Positions 1 to 10,592 of a stretch of DNA of 64,000 nucleotides are shown here, piece by piece. Both the position numbers and the translations under genes were made by a program. The stretch's first letter is position 1, and each line of letters opens with the position of its first letter. Source of the DNA: Chlorokybus atmophyticus (taxonomy: Eukaryota; Plantae; Mesostigma and Chlorokybus algae); the NCBI GenBank assembly GCA_009103225.1, contig RHPI01002069.1, positions 769,378 through 833,377 of the forward strand. Reading direction: 5' to 3'. Below the pieces are notes generated by a model. The model saw nothing but the letters and a program-made list of their open reading frames with translations. It searched no databases and was not told where the DNA came from.

Positions 1-533
1 CTGGATAACAGCAGCTACGGACGGCGTTTCTCGATCTGTACACGCAACATTTGTGACTGTGAACTATGTAAACTATTCTTCGAGATCAACATTACCCCTG
101 TTCGTAAGGCGCATTAAGCAAAACTCATCCAGGTGACGTGCATTGGCTGAATACAATTGCGCTCAAGCCCAACCAGTGTTACTGATTTGCAAAGGCTTGT
201 CGATCTTGCAACCTCACTACACCAATGCAGCTAAATCAACTTCAGCAAACGTGCGCAGAACAGCACCACCAACAGCCGACTTGCACTCTGACTAATATTG
301 ACTGTACGATAAGAGTTTCACCATTTCCTGCACGAAGCATGCTACCTGCGCATTGGGAGTGACATGCACACTAATAGTTGACGCGCTGGTGGTGCAACAT
401 GCACAATAAGCAAGGCGCACTTACGGCAGCAGTAGTCGAAGTCGAGCATGCGCTGGACGGGGTTAGCCTTAAAGTTGTAGAAGAGCGCCTGCGAAGTGCG
501 CGAGAAGATCTGGCCTGTCGCCAGCTCCGCCAT
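1..533 (-). CDS. ACLB: ATP-citrate lyase beta subunit, 5' end (exon 1 533-425, exon 2 from 35 off the window edge)
   Basis: Spliced translation MAELATGQIFSRTSQALFYNFKANPVQRMLDFDYCC|HRETPSVAAVIQ matches the plant ACLB N-terminus (MATGQLFSRTTQALFYNYKQLPIQRMLDFDFLCGRETPSVA). GTAAGT donor and TACAG acceptor are phase-compatible. Confidence 0.93.
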
Positions 534-1218
534 GCTGGGTTGCACAAAGAAAGACAACAGACACCAAACCCTAATGTCAGCACAGACCACACAGTCGCCA
601 TCACAAGCTCATCATCAACAGCTGCAGCAGCCGCATGCAACCAACAACACGCAATGCCAGACTGTACTCAAAGCTCCAGCGCCCCGGACCTGCTAGCGGG
701 CGGAGAGGCAACAAGCGGGAGGCTACGCTGCGCACCCAGGTTGCCGCCTGGCTCTCTGCCGCCCTATTCCGCCACCGCCACCGCCACCGACGACACCACC
801 GACGACGCTAGTCGCACAATGCACGTCAAGTGCTTTGCCTGTTTGTTTGACGTGTTGTCTTTTTCTTGGTCTGCCCGCCAGTTGGCTTTGGGTTAATTGA
901 CTAAGTTACAAAGTGATTCACCCTCAGCAAACAATGAATCACTCGTGAAGCAGCGTTTGGCTGCGTAACGTCAGGGAGAGAAAACAGCGGCTGCAGTTAC
1001 GTAAAGCCGCCACGCGAATGTAAGAGAGACTAAGTAGTCTTTCACACACACTCAGAAAAAATAACACAGCTGTGTAACAAGGCGTGCGCAAGTATGTTCT
1101 GCCCTGCGCGCGGGGCAGGCACACACTATTCAACACAAAATACGAGTATGTATGTACGTGTGTATGAAGAGGAGTTCAAGAGCACATGAGCCCCCCCTGT
1201 CACCAACCAAGCAACAGT

Positions 1219-1424
1219 NNNNNNNNNNNNNNNNNNNNNNNNNNNNNNNNNNNNNNNNNNNNNNNNNNNNNNNNNNNNNNNNNNNNNNNNNNNNNNNNNN
1301 NNNNNNNNNNNNNNNNNNNNNNNNNNNNNNNNNNNNNNNNNNNNNNNNNNNNNNNNNNNNNNNNNNNNNNNNNNNNNNNNNNNNNNNNNNNNNNNNNNNN
1401 NNNNNNNNNNNNNNNNNNNNNNNN
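1219..1424. other. Assembly gap (N run)
   Basis: Run of N in the sequence. Confidence 0.99.
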
Positions 1425-1863
1425 CGCCCCCCGCTTTGTCACGCCGGGTCTCAGCTGGCGCTCCAGTAGCGCACGGCGTTCTGATATACATTCTCAGGGA
1501 GAGTGAGAGAGAGAGCCTCAGGACCATGTAGTCGTGCTGCCTCTGGTGGGGTCAGGTCAGAGTCAACTAAAGCACGACTGCGATGATGTTGACCTTCCAG
1601 CGCTGCCGTGCATGCATCCTCGTTGTGCACCGTCACCACCAGGTCCACTGTCCCCAATCATGTGAGAAACAGCTTCGTGGCTCGCTGCTGTGCCAAAGCC
1701 AAGCAAGGCAAGCATTACATCAACTGCATGATGCATGCTGATGCTACAGTATGCGGCTATAACTCCTTGCATGCGTGCATGGTGCTTGTCATTGCTAGCT
1801 GCCAAAGTGCTGCGCAGGGGGGGTTCGCTTGGTGCAATGCCGTCATACAACAGCAGATTAGTT

Positions 1864-1864
<1 letters not shown>

Positions 1865-1912
<48 letters not shown>
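1865..1912. repeat. (AC)n microsatellite
   Basis: About 24 uninterrupted AC units. Confidence 0.97.
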
Positions 1913-1913
<1 letters not shown>

Positions 1914-2171
1914 GTCACCGACGCCAGAGCACACGTCTGCCACTGCATGACTGCCCGCACACGCTGACTCTTCGACGAACCTCTCCATTTGCTTTCCTTT
2001 TCTCCAAAGCATGTGTGTTAATTGTTGCCTACATTCGCATGCGGTGGCGTTGTGTGTGGCATGGTAGGAGTGGGCTAGGTGGGAATAGGTACGTATAGTA
2101 GCATATTGTATGCGCCGTGCTTGTATAGCATGTTGTTGATGCATGTGTTCGCGTGTACTTATGCGTGTGAA

Positions 2172-2175
<4 letters not shown>

Positions 2176-2210
<35 letters not shown>
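2176..2210. repeat. (TC)n microsatellite
   Basis: About 17 TC units. Confidence 0.96.
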
Positions 2211-2212
<2 letters not shown>

Positions 2213-3195
2213 TGACACGTGTGTCTCGCACTATCTTGCTCGACTATGGTCATTGCGTGCATGCGTGTGTGCCACGTGTGCTAGCACACGCATCGTGCAT
2301 ACCGGTGCAATCTCAACTACTCTGCACGCGCGCACACACACACACGTAATCACAAAGTATGCTGCGTGTACTGGTGCTGGGCGTCATGCATCCACATGCA
2401 TGCAACAACTGTTGCTGCTCATGACCAGCACCTGAGCTTGAACGGCGTAGAGAAGCGCTTCCGCGCGCTTCAATTTGCGGCAGCGTCGCGAAGGCCATGC
2501 ACGGCAACAGCTGAGGGGGAGGAGACACAGATTGACAACGACAACAACAACAACAATACTAACAGCCACAAAGCCCCGCTGACCTCCATGACGCTCCCTC
2601 AACCTCAACACAGGTCCACACAAAAGTACACAGAGTTATATTCTCTCTGCAAGTGCCACACACAGGCCGCTTGCTTAACACACTCTCAATCGTTCTGGCT
2701 GGCTGTGCGACACACAACAAGTGACGCACATCCGTTGACTGACTCAACGCACCATACATGCGCGCATGACTGTGATTGACTAAGTGTGCATTGTTCAGGC
2801 ACGCTGAGCAGCGCAACGTATGACAGGCCTTGCCTGTCTGCTGAACTCCTGCGTTGTTGTTGTTGCTGCAGCCCGGGCAGCTTGCACATAAGGCAGAAGC
2901 TAGAAGTGCCGCCTGCCGCCCAGGGCTGGCTGGCTCCGGCTCAACTTGACGTCCATGCCAATCAGGTGTGCAGCCCCGTAACTACACGGGTCGCAAGGGT
3001 GCCCTCAGGTGTCCTCAGGGGGCGGGAGAGAGGGGGAGGGGTTGGGCTGTGCAGCTGGTTGACATGCATGGAGGAGGAGGTCACCTTTGGCTAAGCGGGC
3101 TGGGCTCTTCTGTGGGGGTGGAGGCAGCTGTCATGTCATGACAGCAAGAAACGCGTCTGTGCAGCCTGTGCTGCGTCCCGAGCGAGGAGTGCCCT

Positions 3196-3335
3196 CTGGG
3201 CTTACGCATGCATGCATGTTGCATCACCACTCACGGTGTGACTTTCATGTCACACCATGAGCTCACTGGGCTTACGTATGCATGTATGTTACGTCACCAC
3301 TCACGGTGAGACTTTGGCGTCACACCATGAGGTCC
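3196..3335. repeat. Tandem duplication of a 70-bp unit, each copy with a hairpin
   Basis: Units 3196-3265 and 3266-3335 both begin CTGGGCTTACG and contain CTCA-c-GGTG(T/A)GAC-loop-GTCACACC-a-TGAG. Confidence 0.85.
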
Positions 3336-4184
3336 CAAGGTGCAAAGCAAGCAAGTGATGATTACGGTGATGATGTTCAGATGATTGACATGACAGGAGC
3401 CAACCGAACTCCCTGTCAGGCGCCCTGTAGGCGTGCTGCACTACAATGATCCAACAAGCAGTGGCCTCTTTTTCCACCGAAAGAAAAAGTCAAACAACAG
3501 GAAAGACGCACAGTCTTGTCACGTTACATCAGTCTCAATCCGAAAGCTGTGTGCAGTGTTTGGCTGTCAGGGAAGAGAGAGGTACAACTGTTTGGATATA
3601 AGTCCTCATGGACGTCACAACTGTGTTGTTGCAAGCCGGTCTTGCTCAGAGGGCGATGGTGGGGGTGGAGGCAGCTGTCATTTAGAGTGAATAGAGTCGA
3701 TATTGTTGCAAGCCAGGCCACGCAGTTCTCATAGGTGTAGCAAGCATGCATGTCTGCAAGCACGTCGTGCATCACATCACAAACCACGCATCAGCAACTG
3801 TTCTATATATGTACCATCACTCACAGGTTGTTGAAGCAGCGTCTGGTGCTCCGGTAGGTATTGCTGCTGGTTGCCATTGGCCTGTGCATGCGGCGAGTGA
3901 GGGAGGTTTGAGACAGTTTCGGTGTTCGTCCTGCCGGTGCGCCCAGGTATGCCTTGCATGTGTGTTGAGTAAGTGTGTAGGTGCACTCTTAACGCGAGTG
4001 TGTCTGTGTATGTGCAAGTCTATATGCATGAATTCGTGTTTAGGTGTAAGGGATATGCGCAATGCTGTATGTTCTGGTGTGTGGGTACGTCTGCATGTGA
4101 CCCTCTTTGTTTGTATACAACCAACAGTAAAGGCTGACAACCTTCTACATAGCCATTAATGTAGAACGATGCATGTGTATGTTC

Positions 4185-6009
4185 ATGTCGGAACTACTGG
4201 GCAGGCGCAACAAGAAGATGGCGCCGCACATCAAGATGCCGAGCATATACAAGAGCCCAATGTACGACACTCCTTCAGAATCCCTCCCAAGCGGTGAGTG
4301 TGTTTCACAAGTCATGCTCAATTCTCAGAAGAAGTATACGTCTATGTAGTCCTGCTGTTGCACTGTTCAGTGTTGTCCTTGGACAGACTTCCCTGCTCTA
4401 GCATGGAGTCATCCTTACACCGTGCACACTCAGACGCACTGCACAGACCTCACGTGCATGCTCAGTGCACGTTTGCTGCATTGAACGTGCCTGAAGTTTT
4501 TGGGCTGTGTGTGTCTGCTGCGCAGATGGTCTTGACACAGACCACAGCTCAAGTGATGGGGAGGCGTCCACATCGAACGGAGCATCACGGACTGGCTGTT
4601 GGAATGCCCGGCCTGGAAATGCCGTCCGCCTGCGCATAAATGACAGGGATGACAGCTACAGCGCTAAACCGTGGGGCAGAGAGAGGGTGAGAGTGGTGCC
4701 GGTGGCAGATGCGGGCCAGCCCAACAGATTAACCAAAGGGTATAGCAAGGGAGGTTCAGTCACAGACAGACCTTATGCCAGCGACGTCAAGGTGCTACCC
4801 AACACTGTCTCCGACGGACGGGAGACCAACAAGTCATCTGGCCTGACAACAGAGGAAGACCCGACAGATGCTACCATCAGACAGATGCAACTGTACGAGT
4901 ATGACCATGCGGACCTGTACAGAGGCATGCATGATCTGTTTGACTTTGGCAAGAAGAAGCAGGCAACCTCGCCAACAAAGGACGGAGTAGAGGGTGATCC
5001 TGAAGTCGCAGAACCTGCCGAGTCAGAAGATGAGGTGAGCTGTACGAGTTCACGCTACCCCATTGGTTGGTGTGCAACAAAGCCTGGAACGTGCTGCTGA
5101 ACATACCAGGGAGACGCTGTTAAGGGCAAAAGGAACAAGGAAGCAGCCAAGCAGGTTTGGACGCCCGACAGACCCTATACGAAATCACAACTGGCTCGTC
5201 TGCAGCTGCTCAGCACTTGTTGTGGTTGCTACCCTCGGCGCCTGGGGCTACAGGTACCCACATGCTCTGTTATGCCCATAGCGCTTGCACGCACGCTTCC
5301 AAGAGTAACACCTCTTTCTCATGTTTGCAGGTACATCAAGAACAGTCTGGACGACGGCCGCTGGTGGCGATGCGCCCACTTCGTTGCCATCCCATGGATT
5401 GCATTCTCCATGGGTTTTGGTGCAAATGTTTTCTTCCTATCCATCGTCAACAATTTTGGGCCCATTGCCCACGTAGCAACGAATAGCAAGTCCTACAGCG
5501 CCATTGCGCTCCCTCCGCATGAGCCGAAAGAAGGTGCTCCCCTGCCTATGGTCACAGTGCAGATGCCAGTCTACATACAAACTGTAGTAACACTATGTAG
5601 ACTACAGGTAGTAACATACTACACATACTACACATACTACACGTAGTCTACATTAGCCTGCACCGGCTTGTCGCCATCGCAGCTCATCTGTTCCAGCTCA
5701 AGATGGAGTGGACGAACACCGTGAAGGAGGTGAAGCAGAGAAACTTCTTCCAAGAGACTAAAGGTCACCTTCGTGGGTTACAAGGGCATGTACATCTGCA
5801 CTGTCCTCACCGCCTTTCTTAATGGACTCATGTACTACTCCCTCTCGGTGTCCCGTACCAGATTAGAAGTTATTAATTATTATGCGATAGTGCAGCTTGC
5901 GGTCATCACGGCAGAATACTTCCTCTTGCCCATTGTCCTCAACCCTGTGCTGATGAATGTCAAGTTTCAGACGCAGTCATGCTGGCCAGCCATAACATGC
6001 AACTGTTGA
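4185..6009 (+). pseudogene. Decayed multi-TM family-2 glycosyltransferase (fungal/algal Glyco_trans_2_3 type) lacking its catalytic core
   Basis: Exons 4185-4293 and 4526-5034 join in phase. Motifs LPMVTVQMPVY (5542-5574), ISLHRLVAIAAHLFQLKMEW..KE..RNFF (5652-5750) and FLLPIVLNPVLM match the start and extreme C-terminus of this family, but only 77 bp separate them. Apparent +1 frameshifts at the CCC run 5173-5175 and AAA run 5760-5762. Confidence 0.72.
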
Positions 6010-6047
6010 GTTGAGTTGAGTAGAGTAGAGTAGAGTAGAGTAGAGTA
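6007..6047. repeat. Pentanucleotide (GTTGA)n(GTAGA)n tract
   Basis: gttgagttgagttgagtagagtagag... directly at the GT2 stop codon. Confidence 0.9.
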
Positions 6048-7159
6048 ACAATGCATGGAATTTCAAGTTAAGTGTTGGCTTGTCTTGCTTCTCAAGCTGC
6101 ATTTGCTACATGTGCATAACCTGCGACATAGCTGTCTATGTGAAGTGTTGCACCCAATGCGTTCTTGCTACTGACAGTTTGGCTGCAATATGCAACACCG
6201 GCAACTCTGTGATACGTAAGTGCACACGCGCATTACCTGCTGTGCAAGCTGGGAACTTCAACCTTCTCCACACTACTTTGCGTGCGCGCACCTGTGTGTT
6301 TGTTGTTGAACAGTCGTTACTTTGTCTTCTCCACTTGACGTCCAATGTGTCAGAAAACCACTTGAGCACATAAACAGCTGTTGAAGCTGCGGAATTGAAA
6401 ACTGCAGTGTCGAGCATACAAATTCTCGCCACATGTAGTGTCAAGCTGAGCATGGGCTGCCACCTCTTCCCGCCTCCACTCTTGTCAAGTATAAGCATTA
6501 AGAGGCTAGTCACGAATTGAAAATGCTGAGCAGATCCTCTATCTTTTGCTGTGTGCCCAAGTCAGACGCCTGTCATGCACGCATGCACTGCTGTGCTATG
6601 CATTGGCAAAGAGTCAACTCATCTTCAACGCCCCAGCTGGTGTCTGGTGTCTACAGGATGGCCATTGCGTATTCGTTCAACAACATCTCCCCCGAACAAC
6701 AAGCTTGGGACCGTGGACGCACGCAGGCATGCATGAATTGCTGAGCGACACACGATAATGCAAAGCCACCACAGGAACAACCACAACATTGACAAGCTGC
6801 CAAACAGGCTGCAATCCCTTGCTCAAACGTACGCCAAGCCAGCTCCCCTTCCCCTCTCGGGGCGGCTCAGCTAGCACACCCTGCCTGCTTGTGCCACACA
6901 CGTAGCAGCGCAGATGGCTCTCCAGCTCCACCTGCAGCTCCAGCTCCAGCTCCAGGTTAACAAGTACTAGTAACCAACTCACTTGAAGTACATACGTCTG
7001 TGCTTTACATGTATACAACAAACAACCCATACACGCATATACCCCGCCTGCATGACGACCGTCACCTTCGCCGCCGCCGCGGCCGCGACAGCGCCGTGTG
7101 CTTAGCTGTCCAGTCGGTTCGCGGGGGACTACTCGCTCTCTGGGTGGGTGACAAGCTTT

Positions 7160-7191
7160 GGTAGGCTCTCCAAGAAGCTGGAGAGCCTACC
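7160..7191. repeat. Perfect 13-bp inverted repeat with 6-nt loop
   Basis: GGTAGGCTCTCCA-agaagc-TGGAGAGCCTACC. Confidence 0.92.
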
Positions 7192-9073
7192 CAAATTTAG
7201 TACCAATCTTCTCACACCAACCATCAACGCACACCATCTAAAAAGTTCATAACTGAGAGCTACCGTCGAACAACAAGTGCACAGACAGCAAGCAACACAG
7301 CACTACTCAGCGCCAACAACACTGCCTCCGCTTTCCAAAGTAAGCACTTGCGATGTGGCTTGCACTGTTTGTCTCTTCCTCACTCATGCAGGGTGACGCT
7401 GGCGCAATCGGGTGTTGGGCTCCTTCAACGTCCGCACCACACGAATCGTGTGACACGATGCAGTGATGTCATCGCGGTCATCATGCGTGAGGCTGCAAAC
7501 GGATAGGCGAGAGCAGCTGCGTGCTTCTCACGACAGAGAGGGACACGGACAGTGCATGCATAGGGTATGAACCATGTTGCACACGAACGTCATGGGCTGC
7601 CTGTTATGCTTGTGGTGCTGGTCGACCTGGTGCTGCTGGTGGTTCAAGTACTCAAGATGCTACTGTGCTACTACTGTCCCACAGTTCGTATGCTACTTGC
7701 TGCGATGTGACGGTTGGCTATGCGACTAACAGAACGCCTGCAGGTGTTGTGACAGGGATACAGCCTTCGCGGCGGGGGGGTCCACTCGGTTGTCGTCGTC
7801 CAAGTCCTGCACGTCCTGCTGGTCGTCCCCCTCAACTAAGACTCACGCCAGCGCCTCTACTGCAGTGCAGGTGGTTAACCCTTCTCCTGCCCTTGCACTC
7901 TGCCTCCTCTGCCCGGTTCCCTTGTGGTTGCGTACTAGTTTGCCTTAGCCTATCAGTTGTGAAGAGAAGCTAAGCGCTGGTCTGGGCCCCCCCCTAAATT
8001 TGAAATGTCTTTGCGTGTGTGCTTGCTGTGACACTGCTTGCACCCTGTCCGTATCTCTATTGCTTTACACATGCAGTCCGTGCACACTCCTGTCATACGA
8101 TAGCAGGTAGCAAGCACACGAGCAAATAGGTACATTTACATGACACCCGGGGCCATCACATTATGCTATGCTACGTAACCCTATGTGCAATGCCGTGGGT
8201 GTATGGACGAAGCAGGCAGCAGCAGCAAGCAGTCACCAACCTGAGTTGCACAGTGTGGCAACTATTAGAGCGGTAGGAGAGGGGACTCGAACAGCATGCA
8301 GGCGTGATGTGTGTGATGTTGTGCTATGCTTTAACACGCCCGCCCTTCCCCCGTCACTCTCTCGTATGCATATGTCAACTAATGGCCCGTTGGTATACCA
8401 TATGCATGTGTTCCGCGCCGTAGCGCACATAGAAACCCACGAACCCAAACAGACGAATGGCAGGTAGCAATACATCAAGTCATACAACTATACAAATTGA
8501 CTTATACCTTATACAACAATAGCACGCTACGTGCAATGCAAGTGGTGGTGTGGTTTAAAGTGCGGAGGGTGCCCACCTGGTGTACAGTGTATAAACTAGG
8601 AGAGGACGTGAGAGGGCACGAGAAGTTGGCAATGATTGCTAGCAAGACCAATGCCTGCATTGCATGCAGGCATGCGTGCAGCCTAGCGGGCCTGCAACAA
8701 CACAACCGCATGTGAATGTTGCGGCTTCTAAAGCCAGGATACTACGCCATACGGATGTTGTCGGATTGCGCGTTGCTTGGTGCACATGCCGGGTCCAACG
8801 CACAGTGCGATTTATCACTCAGTATTGCTAGCGGGTGGCATTGACGCTTCAGCGAGTGCAGGCGACCTTTTAATCGGCTTTCACCGCTACAACCATTGTG
8901 TAACCATCTGCACCCTAGGGAGACAGATGGCTAATGACACCCGCAACAGCCTAAGAAGATGTTGCTGCTCTAATGCATGACTACATTCTGTAGTAATGAG
9001 GTCTCTCAGGTAGTGTTTTCTGTTGCGGCCTGAAGGTTGCGGCCCGAAACTCTGCGCTTCCACGTGGTAAAAT

Positions 9074-10528
9074 TTATTGGTGCTGTGTATGTGTGTGCTG
9101 GTCCAAATCTACAAGCGTAGTTGAGTGCAAATGTTTCTTTGATAACACTGCCTGTGCGTCTGCTAAGCTGGCTGCGTGCACAGAAAAGTGTTGGCGCAGC
9201 GCCTGTTCAATGGCGTCAAGAAACACTGGCCTTGATGGGAAGTAGTGCATGAGTTTACACAAAAACTCCTCGTGTCTTCTGCCCTGCAAGCGTGGAGGTG
9301 GGTCTCAAACAGCACTTCATGACACACTTACAGCTACAATGCAAGCCTCTACACCACTGACGTTCACAGTAAGAAAGCAACGCGTTGTGTCTCAGCATTT
9401 GATGCAAAGCCAGGCCAATGTACAGGCACTTACTGCTCGATAGGCTGGTGCCCTGTTGGGCTGCTTCAGCAGCGCCATGCGGTCATCACGGTAATCCCAA
9501 AGCATGGACGTGTGATGCACCCATCGCTGCTTTGCGATGCTCTGCGCATTGCCACCAAACTTGCGCTCGCCAATGGCATAATCTGCAACATGACGCACAC
9601 TGTATCAACTCCAGCAAGACAATTGCCTGAGCATGTGCATACAACCAATGACTCAGTGCTTGTAACTCATCTCGCTTTCAACAAGTCGGCTCAGGGTCTG
9701 TTACAAACCACCATCAGGCAGCAACACATGCGCACCATGTTCTTTGAGCAGGAAGCCAGGGCAGTTTGTGAACGCGGGTGCATAGACTGCTTCAGTCCAT
9801 CTCATGAGCGGTCTTGGGAAGCATTCAACTCCGCTTGGGAGAGCTGAGGCGGCGCCGATGAGGGAAACGAACACAGTGCCCTCATCAACGACAACTGTTC
9901 CGCCACCACTGAATCTCTTGATGACTGGGATCCCCGCTGCCCTCACCTCCTCCACATGCAGCAACTCCTCAGGCTTCCTTGCGCAGAGCGTGTCAACAGT
10001 GTGGTGCGAAGACAATCAAGCGTGCACGTGCGTGAGTTGTGCACATGCGCTCAGTGCTGGACACAAAGCACTGAACTGTGACGCAGCTTGACTGCAATGT
10101 GTGCATGAATTTATCCTTGCTGCAGGCCAAAAAAAAAGGAGCAGCGACAACTGTGCTTGTGAACAGGCATACTGAGCCTACCTCAGCATGCTAAGGAAGG
10201 CTGTGCTTGTCAACGAGCGCGCTGAGCAAAGCTCAGCAAGCTTGTTGGCCAGCATTCAGTGTAGTATCAGAGTATTGCTTTCAAAATGCATGCTTGGTAT
10301 CTGCTGATCTATACCATCATGATGACAGTATACCCACCCTGAAATGCCCATGACGATGTCGACAGCGGCATTGCCGTCGTTGATGACGGCCCAGTTGCCG
10401 TCGTCAGCCCGCAGCAGCGCCTCCTCCAGACGCAATTGCCGCAGGATAGGCAGCCCCGCTGTCCTCACCAGCGCCAGCGCCGGCTTCTCCACCACCCCCG
10501 CTGCCGCCGCGGCCACCTTCCCAGCCAT
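9074..10528 (-). CDS. Lipoate-protein ligase A-like (biotin/lipoate A/B ligase family), multi-exon
   Basis: Exons give LVRTAGLPILRQLRLEEALLR..NWAVINDG, IVMGISG|KPEELL, PVIKRFSGGGTVVVD, RKFGGNAQSI...RWVHHTSMLWDY and R.HEEFLCKL, typical of the plant LplA-type enzyme. An alternative upstream ATG lies at 10594. Confidence 0.9.
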
Positions 10529-10592
10529 GCCCACACCCACAACAACGCCGGCCTCGAGTATGAGCGCACGTAGCTTGTAAGCGATGTCAGCC

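Noticed and set aside
1451-2800. ORFs near the first gap and microsatellites
   Set aside because: Translations are dominated by simple repeats, with no homology and no consistent splice model.
3196-3335. CRISPR-like array
   Set aside because: Only two contiguous 70-bp units, no unique spacers, eukaryotic context, no cas genes.
8270-8300. tRNA T-loop/B-box-like GTTCGAGTCCCC on the minus strand
   Set aside because: The 5' T-stem arm cannot pair with CCCCT and no cloverleaf forms.
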